Origin: an uncultured Gammaproteobacteria bacterium
GTDB taxonomy: Bacteria; Patescibacteriota; Microgenomatia; UBA8517
Assembly: GCA_964502815.1 (NCBI GenBank)
Contig: CAZCXV010000001.1
Location: 71,907-135,906, forward strand
Direction of reading: 5' to 3'
DNA: 64,000 nucleotides
Shown: in pieces, positions 27,570 through 37,462 of the stretch
Numbering within the stretch: position 1 is the first letter of the stretch
Layout of the letters: the number at the start of each line of letters is the position of its first letter
Notes under the pieces: generated by a model
Told to the model about the DNA's origin: nothing
What the model saw: the letters and a program-made list of their open reading frames with translations, nothing else
Database searches by the model: none
Position numbers and translations under genes: made by a program

Positions 27570-28720
27570 ATCTTCCTTGTCAACGTTAGAAATTTATCAA
27601 CACTACCCTCTACACTAAAATCCCTAGCCGCTTCTTTTGTATTACTGGAAAATTCTTGAATTTTCTCTTTTGACTCCAACAATTCTACTATGATTTTTGC
27701 CAAATCACTAGAGTCTTCTTTCTTAAAGGTGTAACCCACTTTATATTTACGAACTAAATAACTTAAATCTGGTAGATCTGAGGCGATAATAGGCGTACCA
27801 CTCTTCATAGCTTCCGAGAAAACAAGCGGTATGCTATCGCTTCTTGATGGAATGACTAACATATGAGCTTCTGAAAGTATATCCGAAATTTTCTTTGGTT
27901 CCGAAATATTTCCGTAAAAATCGACAAAGGCTGTAATTTTTTGTTTTCTTGCCTCCTCTTTCAGGGAATTTAGAAGTGATCCGTCACCAATGAAATTTAT
28001 CTTGAATCTGTAAAGCTGTGTTTTTATTTTCAATATTGCTGCTAAAAATACATCCGGACCTTTTACTCTTTCCATTCGGCCAAGAAAAGTTAGAACTATC
28101 TTCTTCTTAAACGTTTTTTTCTTATTTATTTCGGAAGAAGGCATTTTGCTAGCCGACGGAAGGAAAATAACTTCCCTATTTGCAAGTTCCTCGGTCCTTT
28201 GTTTAAGATCAATACCGTCTGCAAACACATATTCCGCCTGTTTGAGAATAAGTGCTATAACTTGACGAACAATCGGAAACTTTCCATAAACATATATATC
28301 TGACCCTAGAACCCACACACTATATGGTAAACCAAACCGTATCCTTAACCATAACGTAAACAATCCAGCCGGAAATGCCCACATAGCTAAGGTAGTTTTA
28401 ATATTTCGATTAGTCTTAATGAATTTTTCTGCTTTAACAAAACCATTTAAGAATGAGAAAACATAGTTAAAATAATCGACAGGATTATAAAATGAAAAAT
28501 ATCCAAGTTTTTTTTTGCCTAACCAAGTAATAAAAGTTGTATTAACATTACCCACTCTATTGACGTGTGTATCGCCACCTAAACAAAAGATGTTTACTTT
28601 TATGTATTTTGCCAGCTCCGAAGTAAAATCATAAACAAAAATTCCAGCGTCCTTTCTTTCTTTCGGATTCGATGGAAAATTATGTGTGACAACTCCGATT
28701 TCAACTACTTTTTGTTTCAT
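27566..28720 (-). CDS. GT4 family glycosyltransferase (GT-B)
   Basis: C-terminal …PSRSDSIPLVFSEAMKSGTPIIASD… is an EX7E-type motif. 384 aa. Confidence 0.55.
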   Translation of the reverse strand: MKQKVVEIGVVTHNFPSNPKERKDAGIFVYDFTSELAKYIKVNIFCLGGDTHVNRVGNVNTTFITWLGKKKLGYFSFYNPVDYFNYVFSFLNGFVKAEKFIKTNRNIKTTLAMWAFPAGLFTLWLRIRFGLPYSVWVLGSDIYVYGKFPIVRQVIALILKQAEYVFADGIDLKQRTEELANREVIFLPSASKMPSSEINKKKTFKKKIVLTFLGRMERVKGPDVFLAAILKIKTQLYRFKINFIGDGSLLNSLKEEARKQKITAFVDFYGNISEPKKISDILSEAHMLVIPSRSDSIPLVFSEAMKSGTPIIASDLPDLSYLVRKYKVGYTFKKEDSSDLAKIIVELLESKEKIQEFSSNTKEAARDFSVEGSVDKFLTLTRKI

Positions 28721-28723
28721 TTC

Positions 28724-30691
28724 TTACTCGAGAGTCCAAAGATAAATCTTATTGCTCCTTAAAATGCAAGAATTTACTTTTGGTGCTTTGATTCTAACAT
28801 ATCTAGCTTTCTTTGCTGCTAAGAATAATGTCTCAGTAGAATCAATAGGTTCGTAATTAGTTACCTGATTTCCTGGTATAGTATCTGGTTCAGATTTCCA
28901 ATTTACTAAATCGCTTGACAGTTCAACAACTGAAAAATTGTTACTACAATCAACGATAGAAGGAATCTCTGCATATAATCTAGTAATCCTTTTTTCACTT
29001 CCCAAATCAATATAAATAGTGTTATCTATATTCTTAGGCAACAATTCATGTCTAGTTTCATTTTTACGCAATTCTTCCACTACATGGTCGGGATCATTCT
29101 TCCATATCTTAGCTAAAGCGACACCATCTACTGAAACTTCGTGGACGGGGGTCAAAAATGTTTCGATATAATCCCAACCATATGGATAAAGCCTAACTGG
29201 GTCATTATGAGTCAACTCTACCATGTATTCACCTTTTTGAAATATTCCACTCCAATTTAAGTTAGAAAAATCAATATCTTGCCTTAATTGTATAGTTGGT
29301 ATATTAGTCATCGTCCCTTGAACCAGAGCTATTCTCGCATTTTGCTCAGCATTATTATTCAACCATTGTGCTGCCTGAAAATAAGCGTTACCGAAACTGT
29401 TTCCCCAGTAAGGTATATTCCTTTGTACTGCTCCACGAATTCCCCCCACCAGAAAATTAAAGTAGACGTTCTGATTTGGATGAAGTTTGAAAAGTGAATA
29501 TACGGTAGGTAAAAAAAGAGAAGACAAAAGTATGGCGGCTAGAATAACAGTTTTTTTATAGGCTTTAACTCGAGCAAATATTTCGCTAATCCCAAATCCT
29601 ACCATTAATGCTAGCGCTGGAATAAACTCCATTATTTGCCTCACCCCTCCATAAATTGAGGCTCCAGGGACAGAAACCCGTAATATTGGTATTACCATCC
29701 ACAAAAGCCACAATACTGTCGCCTTGTTTTTACCCTTATCTTTTAAAACACAAACCATGCCAATTAATGCCAATGGCAATAACACTGGCGGAGTAGTGAT
29801 AATAATCCAGATCAAAGGATAACCATTGAACCCACCAGGTAAGATAAACCTGCTTTGGACATTTGATTCGGTTCCAATTTCTTTATAGTAACTCACAACA
29901 GACAACAAATTACCCAATGGGTCTTGCCATAAATATGGCCAAAAAAGAAACAGTATTGCCAGAGAAATTGCAGGAATTACTAAAAGTGAAATGATATATT
30001 TTTTAGCACTACGAAAGTTTTTCTTAAAGTAAAATAGCAAAAAGGGAAATATAATAAACGGCAGAAAAACAATATTAAACTTTATCCCTAAGGCTAATCC
30101 AGACGTCATAGCCGCAATAAACAGTAGATATGGTTTTCTTTTTTTAATAGCACGCCAAATTATAAATATTGTCAGAGAGTAAAACAGCGTCTGCGGCGGA
30201 TCTTTGATATTAAAGTGTGACTCAGCAAAAAATAACGGATAAGTTGACAATGCTATCTGGGAAAATATTGCTCCAATTAACCCAATCTCTTGATAAGCAA
30301 ATATCCCAATAAGGAGTACTAACAAAGCTGATGACAAAACAATAAACAAGTGATGGGCTTCAATATCACCCATAAGTCCTAGTTTCTGATAAAAAACTAT
30401 ATTAGTAAAAGCTGAAAGTATGCCATTTATTGGTGGATGACCCCCATCATCCTCTAAAAAATAACTTGCATTTTGAATATCACTTTGAAAATAACCTCTC
30501 TCCCCTTGTAAATCCTTGTAATCTTTATTGCCAGTTGTTAATAAATGAAAGTAAGCATGTCCTCTACGTAGGTGAATTGGGGTGTCCCAAGATATTCCAT
30601 AGTCAGATAACGTTCCAACACTAACTATGAAGAACAACAATGGAATAAGAAAAACTAAAAACTTGCTTTTGAGTTTTAGTATTGAATTCAC
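28724..30691 (-). CDS. GT-C-like membrane glycosyltransferase with C-terminal discoidin-like domain (paralog of 21517-23478)
   Basis: GHPPINGIL…MGDIEAHHLFIV block. Multi-TM with a C-terminal soluble domain. 655 aa. Confidence 0.4.
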   Translation of the reverse strand: MNSILKLKSKFLVFLIPLLFFIVSVGTLSDYGISWDTPIHLRRGHAYFHLLTTGNKDYKDLQGERGYFQSDIQNASYFLEDDGGHPPINGILSAFTNIVFYQKLGLMGDIEAHHLFIVLSSALLVLLIGIFAYQEIGLIGAIFSQIALSTYPLFFAESHFNIKDPPQTLFYSLTIFIIWRAIKKRKPYLLFIAAMTSGLALGIKFNIVFLPFIIFPFLLFYFKKNFRSAKKYIISLLVIPAISLAILFLFWPYLWQDPLGNLLSVVSYYKEIGTESNVQSRFILPGGFNGYPLIWIIITTPPVLLPLALIGMVCVLKDKGKNKATVLWLLWMVIPILRVSVPGASIYGGVRQIMEFIPALALMVGFGISEIFARVKAYKKTVILAAILLSSLFLPTVYSLFKLHPNQNVYFNFLVGGIRGAVQRNIPYWGNSFGNAYFQAAQWLNNNAEQNARIALVQGTMTNIPTIQLRQDIDFSNLNWSGIFQKGEYMVELTHNDPVRLYPYGWDYIETFLTPVHEVSVDGVALAKIWKNDPDHVVEELRKNETRHELLPKNIDNTIYIDLGSEKRITRLYAEIPSIVDCSNNFSVVELSSDLVNWKSEPDTIPGNQVTNYEPIDSTETLFLAAKKARYVRIKAPKVNSCILRSNKIYLWTLE

Positions 30692-30713
30692 GATTAATAT
30701 TATAGCTTAAAAC

Positions 30714-31280
30714 TTAGCGAAGCTTCTCAAGAAGTGATGCTATGTGTTCCAAGTCAGAATTAAGTAAAGACTTTTGATTCTCTGGAACTTTACCATTTAT
30801 GAATTTTAACAAAGCCGCTTGTTTTTCGAGTGATGAAATAAACCTATCTTTAAGGTTACTATTAGATTGTCCTGATTCTTCAACCTTCTTCAACAAAGAA
30901 ATCACTTTATCTCTTTTTTGACGCGCATCACTTAATGTTTCTTTTGCGTTTGCATAATCTGCATCATTAATCAACTTTTCCGCTTCGACAATTCTTTTTT
31001 CCACTAAAACTATATTGTAGTCAGTTTTTTTATAATTACTAAAAATCACTAACTCTCTCAATTGCTCTTTAAGTAGCTTGAGAGGATAGATTGCGTTCCC
31101 TCTAGTTTTGCCTGCTGCAATAGGCCAAAACATCTCAAAAGAGCTAACTTCTGCCTTTTTTTCTTCGGGGGTTGGTGATTGAGAAAAAACCAAACTATAG
31201 TTAGGAACTACAACTAAAGCAATAAATCCAAACAGTAAAAGTAAACTTAGCAAACCTCTAACTCTTAACATAAAGACCAT
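30714..31280 (-). CDS. hypothetical secreted/membrane-anchored coiled-coil protein (DUF5667-like)
   Basis: N-terminal hydrophobic anchor, then a charged helical region. 188 aa. Confidence 0.3.
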   Translation of the reverse strand: MVFMLRVRGLLSLLLLFGFIALVVVPNYSLVFSQSPTPEEKKAEVSSFEMFWPIAAGKTRGNAIYPLKLLKEQLRELVIFSNYKKTDYNIVLVEKRIVEAEKLINDADYANAKETLSDARQKRDKVISLLKKVEESGQSNSNLKDRFISSLEKQAALLKFINGKVPENQKSLLNSDLEHIASLLEKLR

Positions 31281-32052
31281 TATAGGAGATGTAGAGAGAA
31301 GGTGTCAATATACGGAAAAAGAAACTATTATCCAAATAATTAACCATTTTCAGTAAACTCTTGATTCCAGAAGGAAACAATTTACCGATTAACATCAAAA
31401 CTGGAAAGAGCAATGTAAAAATGGGTATTGCTTCTTTTTTTACAATTTTAATACCAACTGACTTTGCCAATATTTCAATATCTTTTGGTGAAAAACTTAC
31501 AGCCGGAATTTCCCTATTTTTTTTTCCTCTTAACTTACTTACCAAACCTCCAAGGGTAACCAAGAAATAACCAAATGGTTCCCTTTCAATGATTACTATT
31601 TTTCCACCAGGCTTTAGCACTCTGGCTATTTCTGAAAAGACTTTCTTCTGTTCCTTTTTTTTCACTACATACATCAGTACAGTAACAATATATATTTGAT
31701 CAAACACGGAATTCTTAAAAGGCAGTGAAACAGCACTTGCTACGTAAGCTTTTCCTCTGGGGGACAATTTTCTATTAAAAATAGAGACATAATTTGAAGC
31801 AACGTCTACACCCACAACTTGAGAGCTGGGAAATTTCATTAAGATCTTCTCTGCAAGTCTTCCGTAACCACAACCAATTTCTAAAACTTTAGATTTTTTA
31901 GCCTTAATCGGTGCCATGACCTTTTTGGCCATCCAATCATCAAGATACATATTAACTTCCTTAGGAAACGACTTTGGCAGTACTCCTTCAATCAAGTCTT
32001 TATACTTTCTGCTTCTTTCTTCCCAAGCTGTTTTAATTTCAGTACTCTGCAT
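31258..32052 (-). CDS. class I SAM-dependent methyltransferase with C-terminal TM segment
   Basis: Motif I VLEIGCGYGRLAEKIL. A C-terminal hydrophobic helix. 264 aa. Confidence 0.55.
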   Translation of the reverse strand: MQSTEIKTAWEERSRKYKDLIEGVLPKSFPKEVNMYLDDWMAKKVMAPIKAKKSKVLEIGCGYGRLAEKILMKFPSSQVVGVDVASNYVSIFNRKLSPRGKAYVASAVSLPFKNSVFDQIYIVTVLMYVVKKKEQKKVFSEIARVLKPGGKIVIIEREPFGYFLVTLGGLVSKLRGKKNREIPAVSFSPKDIEILAKSVGIKIVKKEAIPIFTLLFPVLMLIGKLFPSGIKSLLKMVNYLDNSFFFRILTPSLYISYNGLYVKS

Positions 32053-32067
32053 TTATGAAAAGTGTCC

Positions 32068-32097
32068 TTGAATATCTGTGGACAACTAAAATATAAT
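32068..32097 (+). promoter_or_regulatory. candidate sigma70-like promoter (TTGAAT-18 nt-TATAAT) for the SGNH hydrolase gene
   Basis: TTGAAT at 32068-32073 and TATAAT at 32092-32097, with an 18-nt spacer, about 20 nt upstream of the ATG at 32118. Chance matches are frequent in AT-rich DNA. Confidence 0.25.
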
Positions 32098-32117
32098 TCA
32101 AAAAACCACAAGATACA

Positions 32118-33209
32118 ATGGTGTTAAGAATAATCAGAAATTGCTTGATCTGGGTAGGCAGAGTAACAACTAAAATAGTTTTAATTAGTTTGCCTTCTTT
32201 TTTTATTGCTTTCATATTTCTTGAGGTTATTACTAGACTCATTTTGACCGCCAGCGATTCTCCAAAAGTAGCTTTTAACCCAACGCTAGGAATGATATAT
32301 AAGCCAAGTCAAAATGGGAAATATATAAAAGGTACAGAAATGAAAGCTATCTATAAAATAAATAACGAAGGCTGGAATTCCACACACAATTACAAAACTG
32401 ACAAAGCCAGTGAAACTTTAAGAGTTGCAGTTGTGGGGGATTCTTTTGTCGAAGCGTTTCAGGTTGATTATGACAAATCATATCCTTATGTTCTGGAAAA
32501 TCATTTAAAAGAAAGCGGCATAAAAAGCGAAATTTATTCATTTGGACATTCAGGGTCAAACCTGGTTCACTATTTAGAAACCTTAAAATATGTCGATCAA
32601 CATTTCAAACCCGACTTGTACATCGTCAATATTGTTGACAATGATTTTAAAGAAAGTTTCTATGGCATAGCTAGAAAAGATAATTGGTCTGTAACCCTAG
32701 CAAATACAAAAATAGATCAGATTTCTCCCCAGGAAAGCAAAAATTTGCTTGTTAAACAAATTGCCAGAACTTCAGCTTTTATAAGATATCTAACTATCAA
32801 TCTTGATGTTATCAATAACTCAAAAATCGCAAACAAAATATTTTATTCTGATTTGAAAAATTACAAACAGGATGTTTATCGTCCTGATATCCATGATATG
32901 GAAATTGTCGTTTCCTGGGTTTTGGACGAATACAAAAAGGCAAGTAATTCAAACTTGGTCCTAGTTCTGGATGCAAACACTAAATACCAAGATCCAGAAT
33001 ACCCAGCATATCGAGCACTTATCACTAAGCTCTCAAGAGAAAAACAAATAGATCTGATCGACCTTGAAGGTCCCTTTAAGCATGACCAAAACCCAGATGA
33101 TTTTATATGGAAAGGTGACTACCATTGGACAGAAAAAGGGCATAAATTAGTTGCAGATAGTTTATTCAACTGGATGACTACCACTAAATATCTTACTAAT
33201 CAGCACTAA
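32118..33209 (+). CDS. membrane-anchored SGNH/GDSL-family hydrolase
   Basis: An N-terminal TM helix, then VAVVGDSFVEAF (block I) and a C-terminal DYHW (DxxH). 363 aa. Paralog of 24011-25090. Confidence 0.5.
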   Translation: MVLRIIRNCLIWVGRVTTKIVLISLPSFFIAFIFLEVITRLILTASDSPKVAFNPTLGMIYKPSQNGKYIKGTEMKAIYKINNEGWNSTHNYKTDKASETLRVAVVGDSFVEAFQVDYDKSYPYVLENHLKESGIKSEIYSFGHSGSNLVHYLETLKYVDQHFKPDLYIVNIVDNDFKESFYGIARKDNWSVTLANTKIDQISPQESKNLLVKQIARTSAFIRYLTINLDVINNSKIANKIFYSDLKNYKQDVYRPDIHDMEIVVSWVLDEYKKASNSNLVLVLDANTKYQDPEYPAYRALITKLSREKQIDLIDLEGPFKHDQNPDDFIWKGDYHWTEKGHKLVADSLFNWMTTTKYLTNQH

Positions 33210-34298
33210 ACTCAGTTGTCTAGACTTTTCCCAAGTAAAGTTCTTACTCCAGGCTAGCGCCCCTTTGGCTAAGAATGCAAATCTATTTTTGTCAGTTACT
33301 AGGTCATGTATTTGTTGCGCTAACATCTGAGGTGTATTTTCTCTACAAATTATCCCGCTTAATCCATCTTTTATTGAATCAATAAGTCCTTGGGAATTGT
33401 AGGCAACGACAGGAGTTCCAACAGCATTGGCTTCAATGTTAACCAAACCCCAGCCTTCACGAATTGATGGATTCACCATAACATGACTTTTAGCCAAAAG
33501 AACAAACTTGTCCTCCTGATTAACAAAGCCAAAAAATTTAACCCGCTTGGTTAATCCTAAGCTTGCAGTCATTTTTTTGAGAAATTCAACATAGTCACGA
33601 TCTCCCTTGCCAACAACCCAAAACTGATAATCATCGTTTTTACCAAGAATGGAAAATACTTTTATGGCATCTTCAATACCTTTATCTTTTGCCAAAGCTC
33701 CCAGAAAAATGATTGTTTTCTTTTTTTCTTTTGCAGGTAATTTTTTCGGCAAATTCAAAATAACTCCATGTGGAACTATGATAATATTTTTTTCTTCAAT
33801 ACCCACATTTAGTAATTCCTTTTTGGCTGATTCAGATCCAGTCATAAACGGAACATCTTTATAAAAAAGAAAGAATAATGGTTCAACAATAAAACCTATT
33901 GGTCCCAAAATATAATTTAGGCCCAAGGGTAATGGGTATTTAAACCATACCTCTCTGGTTAGTTCTTGAATAACGGCCAACTTTGGCTTTCTTACATATA
34001 GTGGCGTAAAGAATGACCAACCATGGAATTGATCAATCACCAAATCAAATCTTTCGTGTTTACTAAATGAGTACCAAAAAAATGCCATCAGTTGAACAGT
34101 CAAATATTGACTTCCTTTTCTGAGAATTTTCACGCCGTCTAAATTTTCCTTATCTAAAGCTCCTGGAAAAGTTGAAGTAAACAAAGTTACACTATGTCCT
34201 GCCTCGATCCAACCCTTCATGTGTTCATGCATCACCTGCTCTGCTCCCCCTGCAAGGGGGTGCTTCGGATCACGCCAGGAAAAAACTAAAATATTCAT
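33162..34298 (-). CDS. GT4 family glycosyltransferase (GT-B)
   Basis: N-terminal GGAEQVMHEHMKGWIEAGHSV and a C-terminal GT4 motif …PSIREGWGLVNIEANAVGTPVVAY…. 378 aa. Confidence 0.6.
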   Translation of the reverse strand: MNILVFSWRDPKHPLAGGAEQVMHEHMKGWIEAGHSVTLFTSTFPGALDKENLDGVKILRKGSQYLTVQLMAFFWYSFSKHERFDLVIDQFHGWSFFTPLYVRKPKLAVIQELTREVWFKYPLPLGLNYILGPIGFIVEPLFFLFYKDVPFMTGSESAKKELLNVGIEEKNIIIVPHGVILNLPKKLPAKEKKKTIIFLGALAKDKGIEDAIKVFSILGKNDDYQFWVVGKGDRDYVEFLKKMTASLGLTKRVKFFGFVNQEDKFVLLAKSHVMVNPSIREGWGLVNIEANAVGTPVVAYNSQGLIDSIKDGLSGIICRENTPQMLAQQIHDLVTDKNRFAFLAKGALAWSKNFTWEKSRQLSLVLISKIFSGSHPVE

Positions 34299-34299
34299 C

Positions 34300-35070
34300 T
34301 TAGTTTACTAACCAATTCTCTCTGTTCCTATCATCATAATAATGAAGAATTTTAAGTCTATAAAAAACAGCCAATGTATCCCAAGCCATTTTAAAAATTG
34401 TTGACCATCTGATGTGCGACGTTCTCTCATCAAAATGAACTTCTATCGGTCCTTCAAAAATGCGTTTGAAACCTAAATATTTAGCAACAGCCAATATTTC
34501 TATATCCATCGCATATCTTTTAACCAATAACCTTGGAAGAATTTTTTCGATTACTTCCCTGCGAAAAATCTTTATTCCACTTTGAGTGTCAGTTAATGGT
34601 AATCCGAAGAGTATTTTCACCCCAAAATGATAACCAATACTAAAAATATGCCTTAAAGGCGGATAATTCACCTGTGACACTGGGTGTCTTTTGGAACCAA
34701 CAATGATGTCAGCATTATACCAATCCATATGTGCCATGAGCATCATTATACCCTTAGGAGAAATATCCATCCCAGCATCTAAAAATGATATTAAACTTCC
34801 CTGTGCCTTACTCATTCCATATCTGACAGCATAACCTTTACCAGCATTATCTGGGTATGCAAATATTTTTATGTGCTGTGATTTTACTTTTCTGGCCTCT
34901 TTGTCTGACTGGTCCAGTCTACCGTCAACCACACAAATGATCTCATAATCATAGTCACGGGCTAATCCTTTCGCCACAGTTCTATCAATATTCTCAAGAT
35001 CTTTCTTAATTGTTTTTTCTTGTTTATATGTGGGGACAATTATTGACAATAATTTCTTATTTTCCACCAT
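34300..35070 (-). CDS. GT2 family glycosyltransferase
   Basis: Motifs LSIIVPTYKQEKTI, VVDGRLDQSD and LDAGMD. 256 aa. Confidence 0.55.
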   Translation of the reverse strand: MVENKKLLSIIVPTYKQEKTIKKDLENIDRTVAKGLARDYDYEIICVVDGRLDQSDKEARKVKSQHIKIFAYPDNAGKGYAVRYGMSKAQGSLISFLDAGMDISPKGIMMLMAHMDWYNADIIVGSKRHPVSQVNYPPLRHIFSIGYHFGVKILFGLPLTDTQSGIKIFRREVIEKILPRLLVKRYAMDIEILAVAKYLGFKRIFEGPIEVHFDERTSHIRWSTIFKMAWDTLAVFYRLKILHYYDDRNRENWLVN

Positions 35071-36322
35071 ATACCTTTACCCTTCTTTTTTGCATTTGAG
35101 AAAAAATTAGATAGAGTATCAAAAACACTAATAATACCGATACGCTAGTCAATGATATTTGAATTATTTGTAATATACTACCATGAAAGAACCATATTCC
35201 TACAACCTGTGCAATAACGGCGAGTAGTGGCAACAGTACGATTTTCGTACGATTAACCGAAAGTAAAAAATTCACAAGTATATAGCAGGTTGTATAGACA
35301 CCAATAAACATCCCCATCCAAACCAACTCACGACTTGCAGCTAAGTATTTTTGGCCATATAAAGTTCCAATTGCAATTTCTGGGAAAAACTTATAAAAGA
35401 GAACTATAATTCCTGATATACTTGCCGTTGCGATAAATGAAACAATAAAAATAAGCCGATATTTCTCCCCTCTTGACCTGTTGCCTACTACAATTGGAAA
35501 CATAGTTGCTGTTATGGGTTGAGCCGCAAAATAGACAATTTTGCCCAACATTGAAAGCGAAGCAAAGAGACCAGCTTCAAATTCTGGTAGAAAATGTCTG
35601 GCAAGCATAATATCAACAGAAAAAATAGCTGTGAACGCTAATGCTTGAATAAGAACAGGAAGCGCGTACTTCAAGAACCTCACAATCTCAAAGTTTGCTT
35701 TGATCTTCTTTGAACTAAAAGTATTTCCTTTCAATTTAACTGTAACAATATAAGTAATCAAAAGTCCTAGAAGCATTCCTCCCATTGCGCCAGAAACCGA
35801 AAACCCCAATAGGACAAAGATAACGCCAAATGCTAATTTTAGAAATGCTGAAACGAAATTTGGGATAACAACACCTCTAAATCTAAGTATCCCCTGCATT
35901 GAGGCTTGCTCAACCAATATTATTAAGGAAAAAAAGAGCATTGGCCCAACAAATATAATGTTAACTATATCCTTTACATGTAAAAACCAAGCTATGAGGG
36001 GTGAAATAAAAACTGTCAATAGTGATGAACTAATTGCCAATTTCCACACAAACTGTCTAATGGTTACATAAATATTGGCTCTCTCTTTATTATCTTTTGC
36101 CTCAGATATAAATTTAACGATTGCAAAACTTGAGGAAATCGGCACGATCGCAATTAAATAAAGGATTGAAAATATACTAGCAAGTATTCCATATTCTCCC
36201 ACGCTTAAAAGCCTTCCCATGACAAAATGGTAGGTAAAACTCAAGACATTAGTCGCCATTCCACCAACAAACATGACAAAACTACCCGAAAACAATGGAT
36301 GAGAAATTATTTTTTTGATCAT
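35057..36322 (-). CDS. MOP-superfamily oligosaccharide flippase (Wzx/MurJ-like polysaccharide biosynthesis protein)
   Basis: 421 aa, about 12 predicted TM helices. The N-terminal FVGGMATNVLSFTYHFVMGRLLSVGEYGIL is typical of the Wzx/PST family. Confidence 0.5.
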   Translation of the reverse strand: MIKKIISHPLFSGSFVMFVGGMATNVLSFTYHFVMGRLLSVGEYGILASIFSILYLIAIVPISSSFAIVKFISEAKDNKERANIYVTIRQFVWKLAISSSLLTVFISPLIAWFLHVKDIVNIIFVGPMLFFSLIILVEQASMQGILRFRGVVIPNFVSAFLKLAFGVIFVLLGFSVSGAMGGMLLGLLITYIVTVKLKGNTFSSKKIKANFEIVRFLKYALPVLIQALAFTAIFSVDIMLARHFLPEFEAGLFASLSMLGKIVYFAAQPITATMFPIVVGNRSRGEKYRLIFIVSFIATASISGIIVLFYKFFPEIAIGTLYGQKYLAASRELVWMGMFIGVYTTCYILVNFLLSVNRTKIVLLPLLAVIAQVVGIWFFHGSILQIIQISLTSVSVLLVFLILYLIFSQMQKRRVKVYGGK

Positions 36323-36325
36323 AAG

Positions 36326-37462
36326 TTAGCTTAACCAAAAGCCTCTGGCAAACAGACTTAATGATACAGCTTGAAGTAAAATTAACAAAGCCACAACTAG
36401 ATAGCTAAGGTATTTTGGCCACCTTATTAAGTAGATAGTCATCATCATAAATAGAGGAAAGGCAGCTAAAACATACCTCGGCATCGAAGAAAAACTTCCC
36501 GAAAAAGTCGGAATTAAATAAGTTAAGAAAGAAAATACAACATAATCAAGCCTGACCTTTTTAAAAGACACAATTATAAGTAATAAAAACAAGTTTGCTA
36601 TTCCAAATTCCAATACAGTTGTAAATACAACCGGGAAGTAGCCCCATGACAAATTAGGGAGAATCTTAAAAATGTATCTGTAAAAAACTTGGGGGAGAAA
36701 AATCAAACTTGCAGATCTTTGATCTCCAAAAATGGAAATTGTATTCAAGAAGTTTATTGGGTCTCCAGTTATCCTATATAGGTAAATCATATATATTCCC
36801 AAACCTAAAGGAATTAAAAAAAGAGTAACTAAATACCTTGGGTCTTTCTTTTTAAGAAAATCAAAAAATAAACTAGGAAATAAAGATAGGCCTACGATTC
36901 TGGTTGCAGACAAAAGCCCTCCAAAAATACCAGCAAGCAAATATTTTTGCTTTCTAAAAAAATAAAAAGACCACACTGAAAGTAGCAAAAACAAACTTTC
37001 TGTGTAGAAAGCTGCAAAATAAAATGCGGTTGGAAAAGCCAAAAGCAAAACTATTGTAAGCTTTGCAGTTTTCTCATCAAATTCAAGCTTTATTAGTTTC
37101 CATAAGCCAATTAAGGCTACGAGAAACGCTAGATTAGAAACTACTAAGCCAGTAAAGGCTATATTTCCTAAAGATTTTGGTAGTAGGTTACTAATAAAAC
37201 TTACTATTTTTGGATATAAAGGAAAATAGAAATATTGCAAATTTTTGTATCCATTCTGAGAAATGGATAGATAATGTTCACCATCAAAATTTACCCAACT
37301 CCAAAAATATGGTTTCGCTTGGTAATTATTTTTTCCTCCTCCCAAAAAATTAGCCTGCAATGGCACAAAATTGACTGCTAAAAACAAAACTGCAAACAAG
37401 GCCAGTCGCCAAAAAAGAAATGAAAACAGTGGAAATTTGTAATTATTTAGAAGCTTTTTCAT
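36326..37462 (-). CDS. GT-C mannosyltransferase, PIG-V/Gpi18-like (Mannosyl_trans2 family)
   Basis: …WVNFDGEHYLSISQNGYKNLQYFYFPLYP… matches the PIG-V family signature (WDxxHYxxIAxxGY…AFFPL.P). Multi-TM. 378 aa. Confidence 0.45.
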   Translation of the reverse strand: MKKLLNNYKFPLFSFLFWRLALFAVLFLAVNFVPLQANFLGGGKNNYQAKPYFWSWVNFDGEHYLSISQNGYKNLQYFYFPLYPKIVSFISNLLPKSLGNIAFTGLVVSNLAFLVALIGLWKLIKLEFDEKTAKLTIVLLLAFPTAFYFAAFYTESLFLLLSVWSFYFFRKQKYLLAGIFGGLLSATRIVGLSLFPSLFFDFLKKKDPRYLVTLFLIPLGLGIYMIYLYRITGDPINFLNTISIFGDQRSASLIFLPQVFYRYIFKILPNLSWGYFPVVFTTVLEFGIANLFLLLIIVSFKKVRLDYVVFSFLTYLIPTFSGSFSSMPRYVLAAFPLFMMMTIYLIRWPKYLSYLVVALLILLQAVSLSLFARGFWLS

